DNA of 64,000 nt from Octopus bimaculoides (Eukaryota), in contig NC_068981.1 in NCBI RefSeq assembly GCF_001194135.2, positions 104,444,243 through 104,508,242 on the forward strand, given 5' to 3'. Position 1 is the stretch's first letter. The number at the start of each line of letters is the position of its first letter. The notes under the pieces are model-generated. The model was not told the origin of the DNA, searched no databases, and worked only from the letters and a program-made list of their open reading frames with translations. A program made the translations under genes and the position numbers. Positions 51,621 through 64,000 of this stretch are shown in pieces.

Positions 51621-53339
51621 TGATACACTTGCCATCAAAGGGGATAGTCATGAGCTTCCAGTGGATTTGCTTTGCTTAGGCTCTTGTACCAGCAAAAAAC
51701 AGCTCATACAAGTTAATTCATATGCAGTCTAGGGCATTCCATAAGTTTTTGTAGCATTTTTGCCCAGTTTAGCACAAAACTTTATTACATAGTGACCTTC
51801 TAAGTTGTCTTCACATTCACACTGCATTCTACAGACTAGTCAGCTGTGACAAGCAGTGTTTAATAGGTTGTGTTCAAAATGCTGTTACAGCCATCTCTTT
51901 CAATCTAACATAACAAAAACTGGAAGATCAGCTTATTAGATGCAAAGTAATGATATACAAAAATTACAATAATCTAAGATAGTTATCACTATCTCTCCTA
52001 AAAAAGTTTCAGCATTTACCTCATGCTTACATTTGTGTGTGTGTATATACATATATATACTTTATTTAAAAACAGCAGAAAAAGAAAAAAGAAAAAAAAA
52101 CTGTCCGATGAATGGGAACATGAAACTCTGAGTAACAGCTTTTGTTATATTTCTGCTGCTTTTAAATAAAGCATATTACTCTACATCTGGTATTCAAGTA
52201 CTCTTTTTTCCACCTGGTTTCACATTTATGTGCTTACTCCGGCACACATATATTTATATATATAAACACACATTTTTTTTTTTTTTATAGGTATACATGA
52301 ACACACATATATATGTATAAACACACACATTCACATGCAATATAAGCTCCAGTGGTGATTAAGACTATATGAAAAGATAAGGAGAATCAGATGCACAGAT
52401 AACACGATCAAGGTATACAGTTGCAAATGTTCTAATATAAAAGTCTATAATTTTATCTTTCATGGCTTTAACCTTTGACTCAAACTGTTTTGATATTAAC
52501 TTAACTGTATTTGTTTTAAAAATACATACATACAAACACACACACACACATAGATACATACATACATAATGCATACATAACCACATACATATGTACTGCC
52601 ATCCATACGTACATGTACATGCATTACATACATGAAAACATACACACATATATTATGTATGTACATACATATGTACATACAGATACATACATGCACACTC
52701 ATACAATCATACATTCATATGTACATCCATTCATTCATACATATGTACATACGTATACACACACATACACATATACATATACACACACAAACAAACACAC
52801 ATACATACATACATATTATCAAACCTTAGGCATCACTGTCTTGAGTCTTAGAACTTGCGGCACTAGTTATACAGTTTCCAAAGTGTATAAGTGAATGAGA
52901 TTACAATATTCGATCAGAATGTGACACCAGTCCAATGTAGGGTTATTTGTTTACAGACTAGTGAAATAGAGCAACATGAAACAAAATGTTTTGCACAGCA
53001 ACACAATGCACTGTCCAGTCCAGAAATTGAAACCATGATCTTGTGATCATGAGTGCAGCCATCTAACCATGAGGCCATGCAGCTCAATATATATATTTAG
53101 ATCAGTGCTACTCAATGTGTTAGTCCACAGTCCTGCAATGGTGTGTGAGCTATCAGCTGCCGGTACACAGAGAGTTTCCAGAAAAAAAGAAACATTATAA
53201 AATACTTATGTAATATTGTATTATTTGTTTACAAAATAAATATAAGATTAAAAAAATTGTCAACTTTTATTATAGTCATTATATATATTGTTTCCAGTAT
53301 AAATAATGTTACTAAGAANNNNNNNNNNTATATATATAT

Positions 53340-54545
53340 ATATATATATATATTTTAAGTTGTTCTGAAAATAATGGCCTCTCTAAGTGTTGTGTTTTGA
53401 AATGCAATTTTATCATAGTATTTTAATTATATTTTAGGTGAATCTTGACATACTTAGTAATTGATGTATGCTCTTTAATAATATTCTAGTTATTTCAGAC
53501 ACAAAACATTCTTGAAGCATAGGCACCCTTGCATGAGTTCAAGCTTGGGCACAATGCCTACCAAACTGCTGCCAATATCAAAAGAGCACAGTACGAAGGT
53601 GGTTTCAGAAATCCTGTAGTGGTGATGAGAGCCTTGAAGATGAAGGTAGAGGATGGTCATGCAGTCTTGAACAATTGAAAGTAATTGTTGAACAAAACCC
53701 ACGTCAAAGTGTCAGAGAAGTGTCTCAGGCACTTGGTGTCGGTATTGCAACGGTCTCAGAAACTTGGTGTTGGTATTGCAATGGTCTCACACAATCTGCA
53801 GAAGATTGATAAGGTGAAAAAGCTTAATAAATGGGTACTGCATGAGCTCAATGAAAATCAAAAAGTTTGGCATTTTGAAGTGTGCTTGATGATCTTTCTG
53901 CGAAACACAAATTATCCTTTTCTTGATTAAATAGTCACTTGTGACGGAAAGTGGATCCTTTATGATAACCGTAAAAGATCAGGTCAATGGCTTGATTGTG
54001 ATAAGTCCCCCAAACATTTTCCAAAGCTAAAGTTGCACTAGCAAAAGATTATGGTGACTGTCTGGTGGTCTGCAATTGGTGTTGTCCATTACAGCTTCTT
54101 GGAAGTCAATCAGAGCATTACAACAGAGGTTCACTGCAATCAACTTGCTAAAATGAGACCTGCATTGGTGAATCGGCGTGGCCCAATTCTGCTCCATGAT
54201 AATGCAAAGCCACATGTTGCAAGAATGATGCTGCAGAAGCTCATTTTGGATACGAGACTTTACCACATCCATCATATTCTCCTGATCTTTCACCCACTTT
54301 TTTAAAGCATTTAAACATGTTTTTAGGTGATAAAACTTTCAGGTCCAAACCAGAGGCGGAATCAGCTTTCAAAGATTTCTTAGCATCAAAGGCAATAAGT
54401 TTTTATCAATGAAGCATAAATAATCTCGTTGATTAATGGCAAAGATGCATAGATGTTCACAGCTCATACTTTGACTAATCAAAATATTTATATTAATTTT
54501 TCCAAAATAAAATTGTTTCTGAAAAGCTACCAGAAGGAGGTAATA
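53340..54545 (+). mobile_element. Mariner (D,D34D) transposon, near full-length, pseudogenised
   Basis: LHEFKLGHNA, WVLHELNENQK (WVPHEL), VTCDGKWILYDN, VWWSAIG, HDNAKPH and YSPDL-like motifs; stops and frameshifts; left end lost in an N/TA run. Confidence 0.9.
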
Positions 54546-54879
54546 TCTTCATTTATATAGAAAATCAAAAATAGAATCATAGATAGCAAAAAGAGAAATG
54601 AACACACAATCCAACAAGAAAAGTATTAAAAATAACCGTTAACAGGTATAGGTGTATAAATGCCTTTGGGCAAGCTGCATGGTGCGAGTACACTTGCTCA
54701 TACGAGCATCCACAAAAATGTGAGCATACCCACATGCAAGGTTTGGTGCACTCATGATCACAAAGCGAGTTACTTATCAACTTAGTGTTTATAAGAATGG
54801 GGAGGTTAAAAGTAAACTTAAGTCATCCATACCTTAAAGTAAATTAAGTTAACGGTTACTCAAAATTCATTCTCACTGC

Positions 54880-55900
54880 ATTGTGTGAAAGTACATTTAT
54901 ATGCATGTAGGCATCTCGAGAGTTTTTCAGAAATTCTATTAATTATCTTCTCATTAGTCCACAGAATAGACAGACATTCCTTGGAGCAGAGATGGCATCT
55001 CCTGGAAATTATATTGTATGGTTTCGCATACCCTACTATCGACCAATTAATGGTGTACTTTATTTTATCCTCCTTCAGTCGCTATATAAAATCTGCCGAA
55101 GATGTTGAATGTCGCTTATTGATTGTCTTAAAGCTGGCAACATGGTTACAATAATGATTCTTAAATGAATCAGCCGTCTGCCCAATGTAAATATAGGGTC
55201 CTCGACTTGTGTGCACAGTACAAGATTTGTACTCATACAGAGATTCATCAAAGGATATTTTGATTTATCTCTGCATGAGCATTTATCATATTTATTTGTA
55301 TATAAGGCAGTCCCAACTCCATTTACCGGCGTTGTTACCATGCTAGCTGTATCATAAGTATTTCTACAACTACAAATTGGTCGTAGTTGGTGTTTATCAA
55401 TGTGTTTTACATCTCCTTGGTTGGTATTTAGATGCAAATTTTTGCTAGATCCAGTAGGTGGGTTATTGAACCTTTGCCGTATTTTGCTATTGTTTATGCG
55501 ATGCATAAGCTGCTCTAAATTAGCAGAGCTGACGTAGGATACCTCCACGGTGTGCTGATGAAAAATAGCATGATACCTATTAGATTTAGGAAAACACCTG
55601 TCCAAAGAAGCAAACATTTTCCACCTTTTATGGTTGAAACATGCAAACTGAAAATTGGGTTGAACCAGAAGACATCCTGATTCTTATATCTGTTGTTCGG
55701 CTTATTTGATCGAGTGTGTTGTACAGGATTAGAACAAGCAGTTGAATTATTATGTCTCGTGTCTATGAGTTTTTGTTGTTAGTTCATTGATATGACCAAT
55801 TCTTTCTGGCCTGTATTCTTTATCTGAGTGAGTTCTCAAATGGTAACATTGTGGTGGAAAAACAATGTGCATTGCAGTTGGAGGAATTACCAGTGTTGTG
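54880..55900 (-). mobile_element. Penelope-like element remnant (RT thumb/linker + GIY-YIG endonuclease), frameshifted
   Basis: Pieces read DVFWFNP, CFPKSNRYHAIFHQHTVEVSY, CSCRDKSKYP, YIYIGQTADSFKN..NH and YTINWSIVGYAKPY..RCHLC, as typical of PLE C-termini. Confidence 0.75.
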
Positions 55901-55986
55901 TATGTCTGCTTCTTGTATATACTGGATTTTTTCACAGTACCCAGCCCTAGCTAGAGCAGCATTATATGTATATATGTGTGTGTCTG

Positions 55987-56052
<66 letters not shown>

Positions 56053-56179
56053 TATATATAAATCACAGTATCACAATATCGACCAGACTCTCAGATGCTG
56101 TTACACACTGCTAGTTACAATGCACTTCTAATTTTGTCTTGATTGTACTATTCTTTTTCATCTTGACCCAAATTGCTGG

Positions 56180-56425
56180 ACCAAATCATCTTCCCATCAT
56201 TGTGGAGGCCTTCCAAGTGACCTTTTCTGATCTCTTGATCAAACTCTGCTTTCCCATGACAATTAACAAGGCACAGGGACAATCAGTGCAAGCAGTTGGT
56301 TTGAATCTGACAGAGCAAGTATTCTCACATGCACAACTGTACGTTGGCTGTCCCCATGGTCTTTCTATTTGTGCACCCGAGGGAAGGACGAAGAATGTTG
56401 TCTACCAAGAGGCACTCCAATGATA
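56180..56425 (+). mobile_element. Helitron PIF1-helicase C-terminal fragment
   Basis: LCFPMTINKAQGQSVQAVGLNLTEQVFSHAQLYV...APEGRTKNVVYQEAL. Confidence 0.85.
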
Positions 56426-56593
56426 ACAATGGCAACTGCACGGGTCCACATGTTGCCTGTGAAACTTGCAACATGTTTGGTCCAGAAGAACTTGTACTTT
56501 TGGTACTCTACAATCACATCACTCACTCTACTCCATTCTCAAATTATTTCATTTCGAATGTGCTCTCTTAATGATCAATGAAATATATATATG

Positions 56594-56762
56594 GTTATAT
56601 TTCGGGATGACCATTTTTTGATTTTTTTGTTAAATTAACATGCACACGCTCTATTCTCATTCTTTGCTTCAACTTTATTATTATTCTTATGAAGTGAAAA
56701 ATGAATATACAGTGCATGTATTTATTTGGGGGAAAAAAAAGATGACCATCCTGAAATATAAC
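56594..56762. mobile_element. Small MITE with 16-bp TIR
   Basis: gttatatttcgggatg vs catcctgaaatataac (one mismatch). Confidence 0.5.
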
Positions 56763-56859
56763 AATATCTGTTTCAACACATGATTTCACATCAGGAAACT
56801 TCCAAAACAAATACATAAATGAAATGTGTGTGTGTGTGTGTGTGTGTGTGTTATATTAT

Positions 56860-58168
56860 ACTAGCAGCTAAGCCCGGTTTCACCCGGTCAGAGAACGACG
56901 TGAAGAGAGAAACGAAAACATAAAAAAGAGGAAGAAGTGGATACGAAGTGGTGTTTGGGCGACGGATCTTGGTAGAAAAAAAAGAATGTCCTGGTGAGTT
57001 AGTAAGGAGAGCAAAGCAAGATTGGACTTACGTGGGCTGGCAGGACGATGAAAAAATTGCGGAGTTGANNNNNNNNNNNNNNNNNNNNNNNNNNNNNNNN
57101 NNNNNNNNNNNNNNNNNNNNNNNNNNNNNNNNNNNNNNNNNNNNNNNNNNNNNNNNNNNNNNNNNNNNNNNNNNNNNNNNNNNNNNNNNNNNNNNNNNNN
57201 NNNNNNNNNNNNNNNNNNNNNNNNNNNNNNNNNNNNNNNNNNNNNNNNNNNNNNNNNNNNNNNNNNNNNNNNNNNNNNNNNNNNNNNNNNNNNNNNNNNN
57301 NNNNNNNNNNNNNNNNNNNNNNNNNNNNNNNNNNNNNNNNNNNNNNNNNNNNNNNNNNNNNNNNNNNNNNNNNNNNNNNNNNNNNNNNNNNNNNNNNNNN
57401 NNNNNNNNNNNNNNNNNNNNNNNNNNNNNNNNNNNNNNNNNNNNNNNNNNNNNNNNNNNNNNNNNNNNNNNNNNNNNNNNNNNNNNNNNNNNNNNNNNNN
57501 NNNNNNNNNNNNNNNNNNNNNNNNNNNNNNNNNNNNNNNNNNNNNNNNNNNNNNNNNNNNNNNNNNNNNNNNNNNNNNNNNNNNNNNNNNNNNNNNNNNN
57601 NNNNNNNNNNNNNNNNNNNNNNNNNNNNNNNNNNNNNNNNNNNNNNNNNNNNNNNNNNNNNNNNNNNNNNNNNNNNNNNNNNNNNNNNNNNNNNNNNNNN
57701 NNNNNNNNNNNNNNNNNNNNNNNNNNNNNNNNNNNNNNNNNNNNNNNNNNNNNNNNNNNNNNNNNNNNNNNNNNNNNNNNNNNNNNNNNNNNNNNNNNNN
57801 NNNNNNNNNNNNNNNNNNNNNNNNNNNNNNNNNNNNNNNNNNNNNNNNNNNNNNNNNNNNNNNNNNNNNNNGATAGCAAATATCTCCAAATTGATTAGAA
57901 ATGCATAAATTTAATAATAACAATGTTTTTGAGATTCCGGTTCGAATGACATGAGTGTTTTTGTTTCACTTTTGACACGTAATACTTAAATAGTGGGAGA
58001 TATGATGTTGCTGTGGGCTGGAAGTATGCAAGAAGTTAAAATTTTTTTTGACTAAAACACAACCAGGACTCTAAGTAAGGCATGTGTAAAATTTGAATGA
58101 AATTGGTTGTGTAGTTCTGGAGTTTTAGGGATTCACACAGACATACATTCTCAATTTTATATATATAT
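56860..58168 (+). mobile_element. Non-autonomous Helitron/Helentron-like (HINE/DINE-1-type) element spanning an N-gap
   Basis: 5' actagcagctaagcccggtttcacccgg hairpin; 3' cattctcaattttatatatat; 3' half matches 40645-40880. Confidence 0.5.
57069..57870. other. Assembly gap (N run)
   Basis: Other gaps: 23701-23800, 28003-28318, 35513-35585, 53319-53328. Confidence 0.99.
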
Positions 58169-58566
58169 GCATGGAACTTACAAAAGGAGTAGTGAATAAA
58201 TTATTGAGTTCATGATATTCCACTGATGATCCCAGCAGCTTCTTCTCCACTGTGATTACATACACGAATTCCTGAAAAGGACATTCCATGAACCCATTCT
58301 AGGGATCAGAAATCAAATTTATATTAATCCTTTTCAGAATTGTAGCACGGGAATATAGTGTTGGTGCCTTATTCTACTTCCAATAGTGTTAGGCCAGTGG
58401 TTTTCAATCTTTTTGACTTCATGACATACTAGAGATCAAATGAAAAATTATAGGTTCACTTCACATAAAATTTTAAAATAAATTATAAAATAAACTTCAA
58501 CACATAGTTTCTGGTTCAGTTCCACTGCATGACACCTTGGGCAAATACGCACACACACACACACAC

Positions 58567-58614
<48 letters not shown>

Positions 58615-58620
<6 letters not shown>

Positions 58621-58795
58621 ATAGAAAGGACAACAAAAGAAAGAAAGAGACCTCGATATTATGTACATAGAGGAATTCATCTGTAAAAATATGTGACACT
58701 TATTCGGTAGCCATGATAAAACTCCGAGTTTCGCATGCCAGAGTGGGAACCCACGCCGCTATCTCTTCAGTTATCCGGCCATTGAAAATTCCTGA
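58615..58795 (-). mobile_element. Penelope-type non-autonomous element, same family as 3588-3826
   Basis: High identity to the 3.6 kb copy; flanked by TA repeats; carries a hammerhead motif. Confidence 0.7.
58709..58780 (-). ncRNA. Type I hammerhead ribozyme motif, second family, intact core
   Basis: Minus strand: GGCCG GAUAA CUGAAGA G...GUGG-GUUC-CCAC...C GAA ACUCGGAGU U UUAUC AUGGC; helix I GAUAA/UUAUC, near-palindromic helix III, GUU triplet; helix II irregular. Confidence 0.55.
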
Positions 58796-60384
58796 TATAT
58801 ATACATCATCCTTTAACGTCCATTTTCCATGCTGGCATAGGCTGGCCAGTTTGAGCAGAGCTGGCAAGATGGACAGCTGCACCGGTTTCTATTCTGATTT
58901 GGCTTGGTTTCTACAGCTTGATGCCCTCTCTAATGTCAACTACTTTATCTAGCATGTGCTGGATGCTTTAAATGTGGCACTGCCATGAGCACTTTTATGT
59001 GACACTGACACAAGTGCTTCTCATGTAGCACCAGCACAGGGCTCTTGCAGGTCAATCTTCTTCATCAGGGGGAGTGGCCTTAACATTTCTGTTGCCTTAT
59101 GTTTATGTGTGTTTGTATTTGTGCCCCACCACTGCTTGACAACTGGCATTTGAGTTTGGCATAAAAGACTGATAGAATAAGTACTGGATAGGATACAAGA
59201 CTATCAAAGGTAAATTTTCCCCTATGAAGACTGGTGTCTATTTTGTTTGCCATTTAAGTAGATTGTAGTAAGAAAAGTCAAGTGACTGATTTCAGAGTTA
59301 TTTTGAAACAATTGATATAGGATAGGAACTTTTATTCCAAAATTGCTATTGTTATAGCAACAACTATAGGTGTATCAAAAATATAGCAACTATAAGTGTG
59401 TCAAAAATACAGATATTAGCTGCAACAGCAACTATAATCATATCAAGAATACAAATATCATCTATATCAACAATTATACTTGTATCGAAAATATAAATAT
59501 CAACAACAATCTCTTAAGGCATTGAAAAACTAAAAATCAACAATTATAGTCATGTTAAAAACAGAGATATGAATACAATAATTATAATATCATTCTCTGG
59601 CCCCACATTGTAATGGTGCCAGATGTTACCAGAAGTGTGAGTAGTTAAAAGGCATTTAGCAATACACAATGCCAAAACTTCCCTCAAGCTAAAAAAATGT
59701 GTACCACAGAGTGAAGTGCAGTTCCTTACTGTAGGCAGTGGAGACACTGTATAATTAGTGCTTTAAGTGTGTGTAGTAATGGACTTAATCCTGCCAGTGG
59801 AGGAAGCCCATGCAGGAAGAAAGAGGTTTTGCAGTAGCAGTAAACAGAATAATAAAACAGATGTCATATCCAAAATGTCAATTCTGTATCTTCACAAGTC
59901 TGAATCTGAACACTGCATGCCAGAATGTACGACAAAGATCAGCATTTTCTGGAGACAAACTCTATTAGCTGTCCTTAAGCATTTAATTAAATACTTCTCT
60001 CATTAAATGAAGTAAAGTTATTCAAAACAACAGCAAGAAGAACATAGTTTTTATTACTATATTATCAATGCTAGACAGCATCCTTTGAAATTCTCTCTTT
60101 ATCCTAATCTTTTTCTGATAGATGCAGATCAACAGATGTTCAAAATGAACTTCAGCTATACCAGTGTCCCTACCCAAGGTGGTCCTATGAAAATCACAGA
60201 CAGTATCTCCCCTTTAATTTAAATAAAACACAAATTAAAATTCTTACTCTGAGTATGGGAACAGTACGTAAATGAGAGAGGATTGCAATAGATAAGCAGT
60301 CTTTTCCTTGAATAAACATTAGTACTATGGACTGGGAAAACTTGCGTGAATGGGGAATTGCTAGTCTTACTCTAAACTGATGTC

Positions 60385-60530
60385 CAGGTTTGTACATGCT
60401 TATGCAGATGACAGCTCATCCTTGATTGATGGAGTTCTTATGCAGAATGAGGTACCTGAGGTACTTCATCTCAGCCATATTATAATCAAAGATGATTTAA
60501 CTGTAATTACATGGCCTTACATTATTGGCT
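60385..60530 (+). mobile_element. CR1/L2-like RT fragment
   Basis: VHAYADDSS followed by DDL...W; short and decayed. Confidence 0.35.
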
Positions 60531-61200
60531 AAAAAAAATCGGTAGGTGACGGTTGAGGAAAATTTGGCTGTTATTTCTAGCAGATTGGTAGATCACAAAG
60601 CGGCTTCTTTCATTAGCGCTTAACAAGTTGTTCAAAGATGAAGTGCGTTCTTACCATGACCATCACGTCTTAAACTTGTAGGGTGTGATGTAAAGTAGAT
60701 TTGACTGCTGTTTCTAGCAGTTAGAGCAACCCTCTCTTTTCCTTCGTGTATCAGATTTTTAATCGAATGATTTCCATTAAATTACATTTTATCGAAGCGA
60801 CTTTTCATAGAATAATTCTATATATAGTTTTATAGAATTTTTTGTCCACTCTAGCTCTAAACTATCGTCTCGACAAGCAGTTGGATGGAGTTGCGTAATA
60901 AACACTCAGTCACCGTAACTTTCTTTTCCAGAGAGAATTTCTTCGGATTTCTATGCTTTAAATATTGAAGATTACGATTCTGTAACTTTTTTCCCCAACA
61001 AATTCTAGTTTTTTTTTCAGTGCCCAAAATCCTAACCTTACTTCAATCTTAACTAACCTTAAAATCTGGCCTTTTTTCTTTTCCTTTTCAGAATCGTAAT
61101 TTCCCATAAATAAAACAGTATACTCTCGATAAACAATGAATATACACTTAGAAAACAATTTGATAAAAGTCGTGCTATGGGTTACCTCGAACACAGTAAA

Positions 61201-61420
61201 ATGCGGCGAGCTGGCGGATTCGTTAGTACGCCGGGCAAAATGCTAGGCGGCATTTCGTCCGTCTTTACGTTCCTAGTTCACATATCGCGGAGGTCGACTT
61301 AGCCCTTCATTCTATGGGATTAAATAAAATAAGCACTCGTTGAGCACTGGGATCGATGTAATCGACTAATCGTTCCCTGCAATTTTCTGGCCCTGCGCCT
61401 AAAGTAGAAAAGGATTATTA
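61201..61420 (+). mobile_element. SINE, full-length CpG-intact copy
   Basis: gcggcgagctggcggattcgttagtacgccggg head through ttat tail. Confidence 0.85.
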
Positions 61421-61753
61421 TAACACTAGAGTTTCACACACGTAATATAATGAGTTGAACGGCTAACTTCGATTATCCATATGATTAGTAGGCAAAAACT
61501 CTCTGTTGGGGTATTTAAATTCTGAAACCAACGAAGAGAGAGATAACCCCACCAAAAATCAATTTTCGAGTGCTAATTCGCAACTGTTTGTGTGCGCACG
61601 TATGTGTATTTATATATTTGTGTGCTCGCATTTGTGCTTGTATCTCTAAGTCAGGTGCTCTCTTCTATTGACGTTCCTCATGACAACATCAATCGTATAC
61701 ATGGTTATAGTAGAGCTCTATATTAGCCATCCTTTATATGTAAGCTACATTCT

Positions 61754-61787
61754 GATTGGCTGACAATGCGTAAATTACAAGATGGCG
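61754..61787 (+). promoter_or_regulatory. Inverted CCAAT box (gattggc) followed by YY1-type motif (caagatggcg)
   Basis: Sequence ctgattggctgacaatgcgtaaattacaagatggcg matches NF-Y and YY1 consensus cores with a spacing typical of housekeeping promoters. Confidence 0.5.
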
Positions 61788-64000
61788 ATGATATCTGTAG
61801 TCGAGTCTCCTATTTTTGATCGGAGTGCATTCGTCTCTTGACGGACACTGTACCTCATTGCACGACTCATAATACGGACTTATTATATATATACTTATAC
61901 ACCGTTTACCACCACCCCTCTCGGCTAAAAAAAAAAAAAAACTAATTAAACAAGCGAGACTAAATAATTATATTTATTTCGTCACCAACTTGATATTTGC
62001 ATCTTTTTTCGTCTTTTAGAAAAAGGTAGATTTCCAAACTTTTATTCTATTATTGGTCTTAGCAATTAAATTAAATTTTGGTGTTTTGTTGATTTGACAA
62101 ACCACGTCTGGCTACATAAGATACACCCCTTTACGATGTCTTTATACATTGCTTTTAAAACCCACCCCTATTTATGTTTTTGGAAATTTTGCTTTATTCC
62201 TTTTTTCTTTTCTTTCATTTATAAATAATTCTTTTAAATATTTTCCTTAAGAATCAAATCGATTATTATTTAAAACATACTTCATTTTAAAGCTAACAAT
62301 TTAATATTTTTTTTCTGTTTTTTTCCCATGCTGTGCATATTTTACATCTTGTATATTCCCATTATGTTTTAAACTCTAGATTGTTTCTCCACTACCTTAC
62401 AATATATGTTAGGTTGTATTTCTTTTACAGAAAAACATTTAACCAACTTATATTAATTCTTACATGAGAGATAAATTATAAACCAGTTTCTTTCGTTGGT
62501 TAACAATATATTCTAATATATCTTACCGTATACATTTATAATATTCTCAGTCTTGAAGATCATTTGGTCAACTATTAATTGTATCTACTTTTTAAAGACA
62601 TAGATCGAATGTAAATGGATTTATTTACTAAGATGGATTCAGTTTGCGGTAAGTATTGTCAGATGTTACATCGTTACGCTAAATTAACATGTTAGCATTT
62701 CGAGCTCTATAACACCAGCAATGTGTGTGTATGTATGCCTGTCTGTATGTGTGTGTATTCAATTGCCTTTTCCATCTTATATTGTTAGAGAAAATGTTAT
62801 TCTGTGTGAAAGTGATGTGTCGAATGAAAGGCTACTTGTTATTGACATTTAACCCATTTCATTTTCAACATTCCACCCTCCTGTTGTTTACAAGAGAGAT
62901 ATATAGGTCGTATATCTCCTGTTTTACAGAATCGGCATCCAAAAATGTACGTGTATAGATGAGTGTGACATATTTAACGAATTTGTTGTTATTATTGGGG
63001 TGAATACGGTAGATTGGTGAAATCGTTAGAGCGTCTGACAAAAAAGGCCTTGCAATATTTATTTACAATTCTTTACGTTGTGATTTCGAATCCCGCCGAT
63101 GTCATTTTTACCTCTCATTCCCCGAGGGGTCGATAAAATAAAGTATCAATCAGCTAACAGGGGTGAGTATGAGAGTTAATGGTAACGATTCATCCTTTCC
63201 TCTCAAAATTGCTGGCCTTGTGTTTTAATTAGAAACTGTTAATGGAGTAACAAAAACGATAGAGTACTGTAGTATTGTCTAATCTTGTCGCCCTACAAGG
63301 GTCGTCACTGCTTTTGTTTTGATCTCTATAATTTCGCGACCTTGTACCAATGTAAGAAGTCATAATTCTTGTTCCTTTTCTTGTTGTTTAGTAATATCAG
63401 TGTTATTAAGATGCAAATGTTTCGGTCTTGTTAAAACCACAATTAGCTTTCTCTGGAATTAGATTCTATGTTATATAAAACTGTGTGCATGTGTAATACT
63501 TACACGCTCACTTTCCTACTTTTGTTGACAGGTGTGTACGTACGTGTCTGTCGGTCTGTATGTATGTACACGTGCACGTTACGAAGGCATAAATACATAT
63601 ACATGTATACATGCTTACATATTTAATTCATGTTCTACAAAGTTGTGTGTGTGTGTATTTAATACGGATTACTAAAATTTGGTATTTCTACGACTTCATT
63701 TGCTGAGTATAGGTGGCCGGTCCATCACACAACGAAGCAATTAGCTTTCTGCCAAGATGATTAATACTATACGTATATACATGAATTTTTGTGATATGTC
63801 ACTCCATGCTAACCACGCATGTATTTACATATGCCTGCATATGTATTTAAAGTGCATATTGTCGACTGAATATAGTGTACTAGGGAAATCGTTGGTACAT
63901 GTCTTGTTAGCATGAAATGTGTTGTTCAAGATGAAGGCAACCGGCTCCAAGTAGACCCTGTAAGGTGGTTTTTTGCTCAATGCTAAGTCAGCTCTGATCG

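Larger units (their letters stand above)
60500..64000. promoter_or_regulatory. CpG-retaining promoter-like region
   Basis: CpG visibly frequent in unique sequence and in SINEs at 61.2 and 63.1 kb; motifs at 61754-61787. Confidence 0.5.

Noticed and set aside
56880-57923. Long 283-347 aa ORFs (also 27879-28379 and 23421-24047)
   Set aside because: They are open only because they run through N-gaps
59550-60006. Short ORFs on both strands in unique sequence
   Set aside because: No motif or convincing splice-site pair; lengths expected by chance

Overview
AT-rich, repeat-dense eukaryotic DNA with (TA)n/(CA)n/(AAT)n microsatellites and five N-gaps. The SINE and RTE-LINE families look like those of Octopus (inference from recognising the repeats, not from a search). 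One protein-coding gene can be reconstructed: a minus-strand classical short-chain dehydrogenase/reductase (RDH11-14/DHRSX/POR-like branch) with 6 coding exons (29922-29734, 25812-25644, 22889-22764, 21639-21478, 19170-19009, 16328-16069; 1068 nt, 355 aa). All intron phases are compatible, and intron 4 needs a non-canonical GC donor. The start ATG directly follows an acceptor AG, so untranslated upstream exon(s) exist; candidates lie at about 38.05-38.29 kb (CpG-retaining island) and 43.01-43.12 kb. A second CpG-retaining, promoter-like region occupies about 60.5-64 kb. The rest is decayed mobile DNA: RTE LINEs, mariner, pogo, Helitron/HINE, piggyBac-type MITEs, a Penelope-like GIY-YIG remnant, three tRNA-SINE families, and a head-to-tail SINE array. 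The most notable signal is a set of fold-back (long inverted-repeat) elements carrying hammerhead-ribozyme motifs of the Penelope type. One is a tRNA-SINE head joined to a minimal hammerhead with a palindromic ACGU helix III (44.5-45.0 kb), and another family has a well-paired copy at 58.7 kb and a core-mutated copy at 3.6 kb. Repeat boundaries are approximate; all folds were done by eye.
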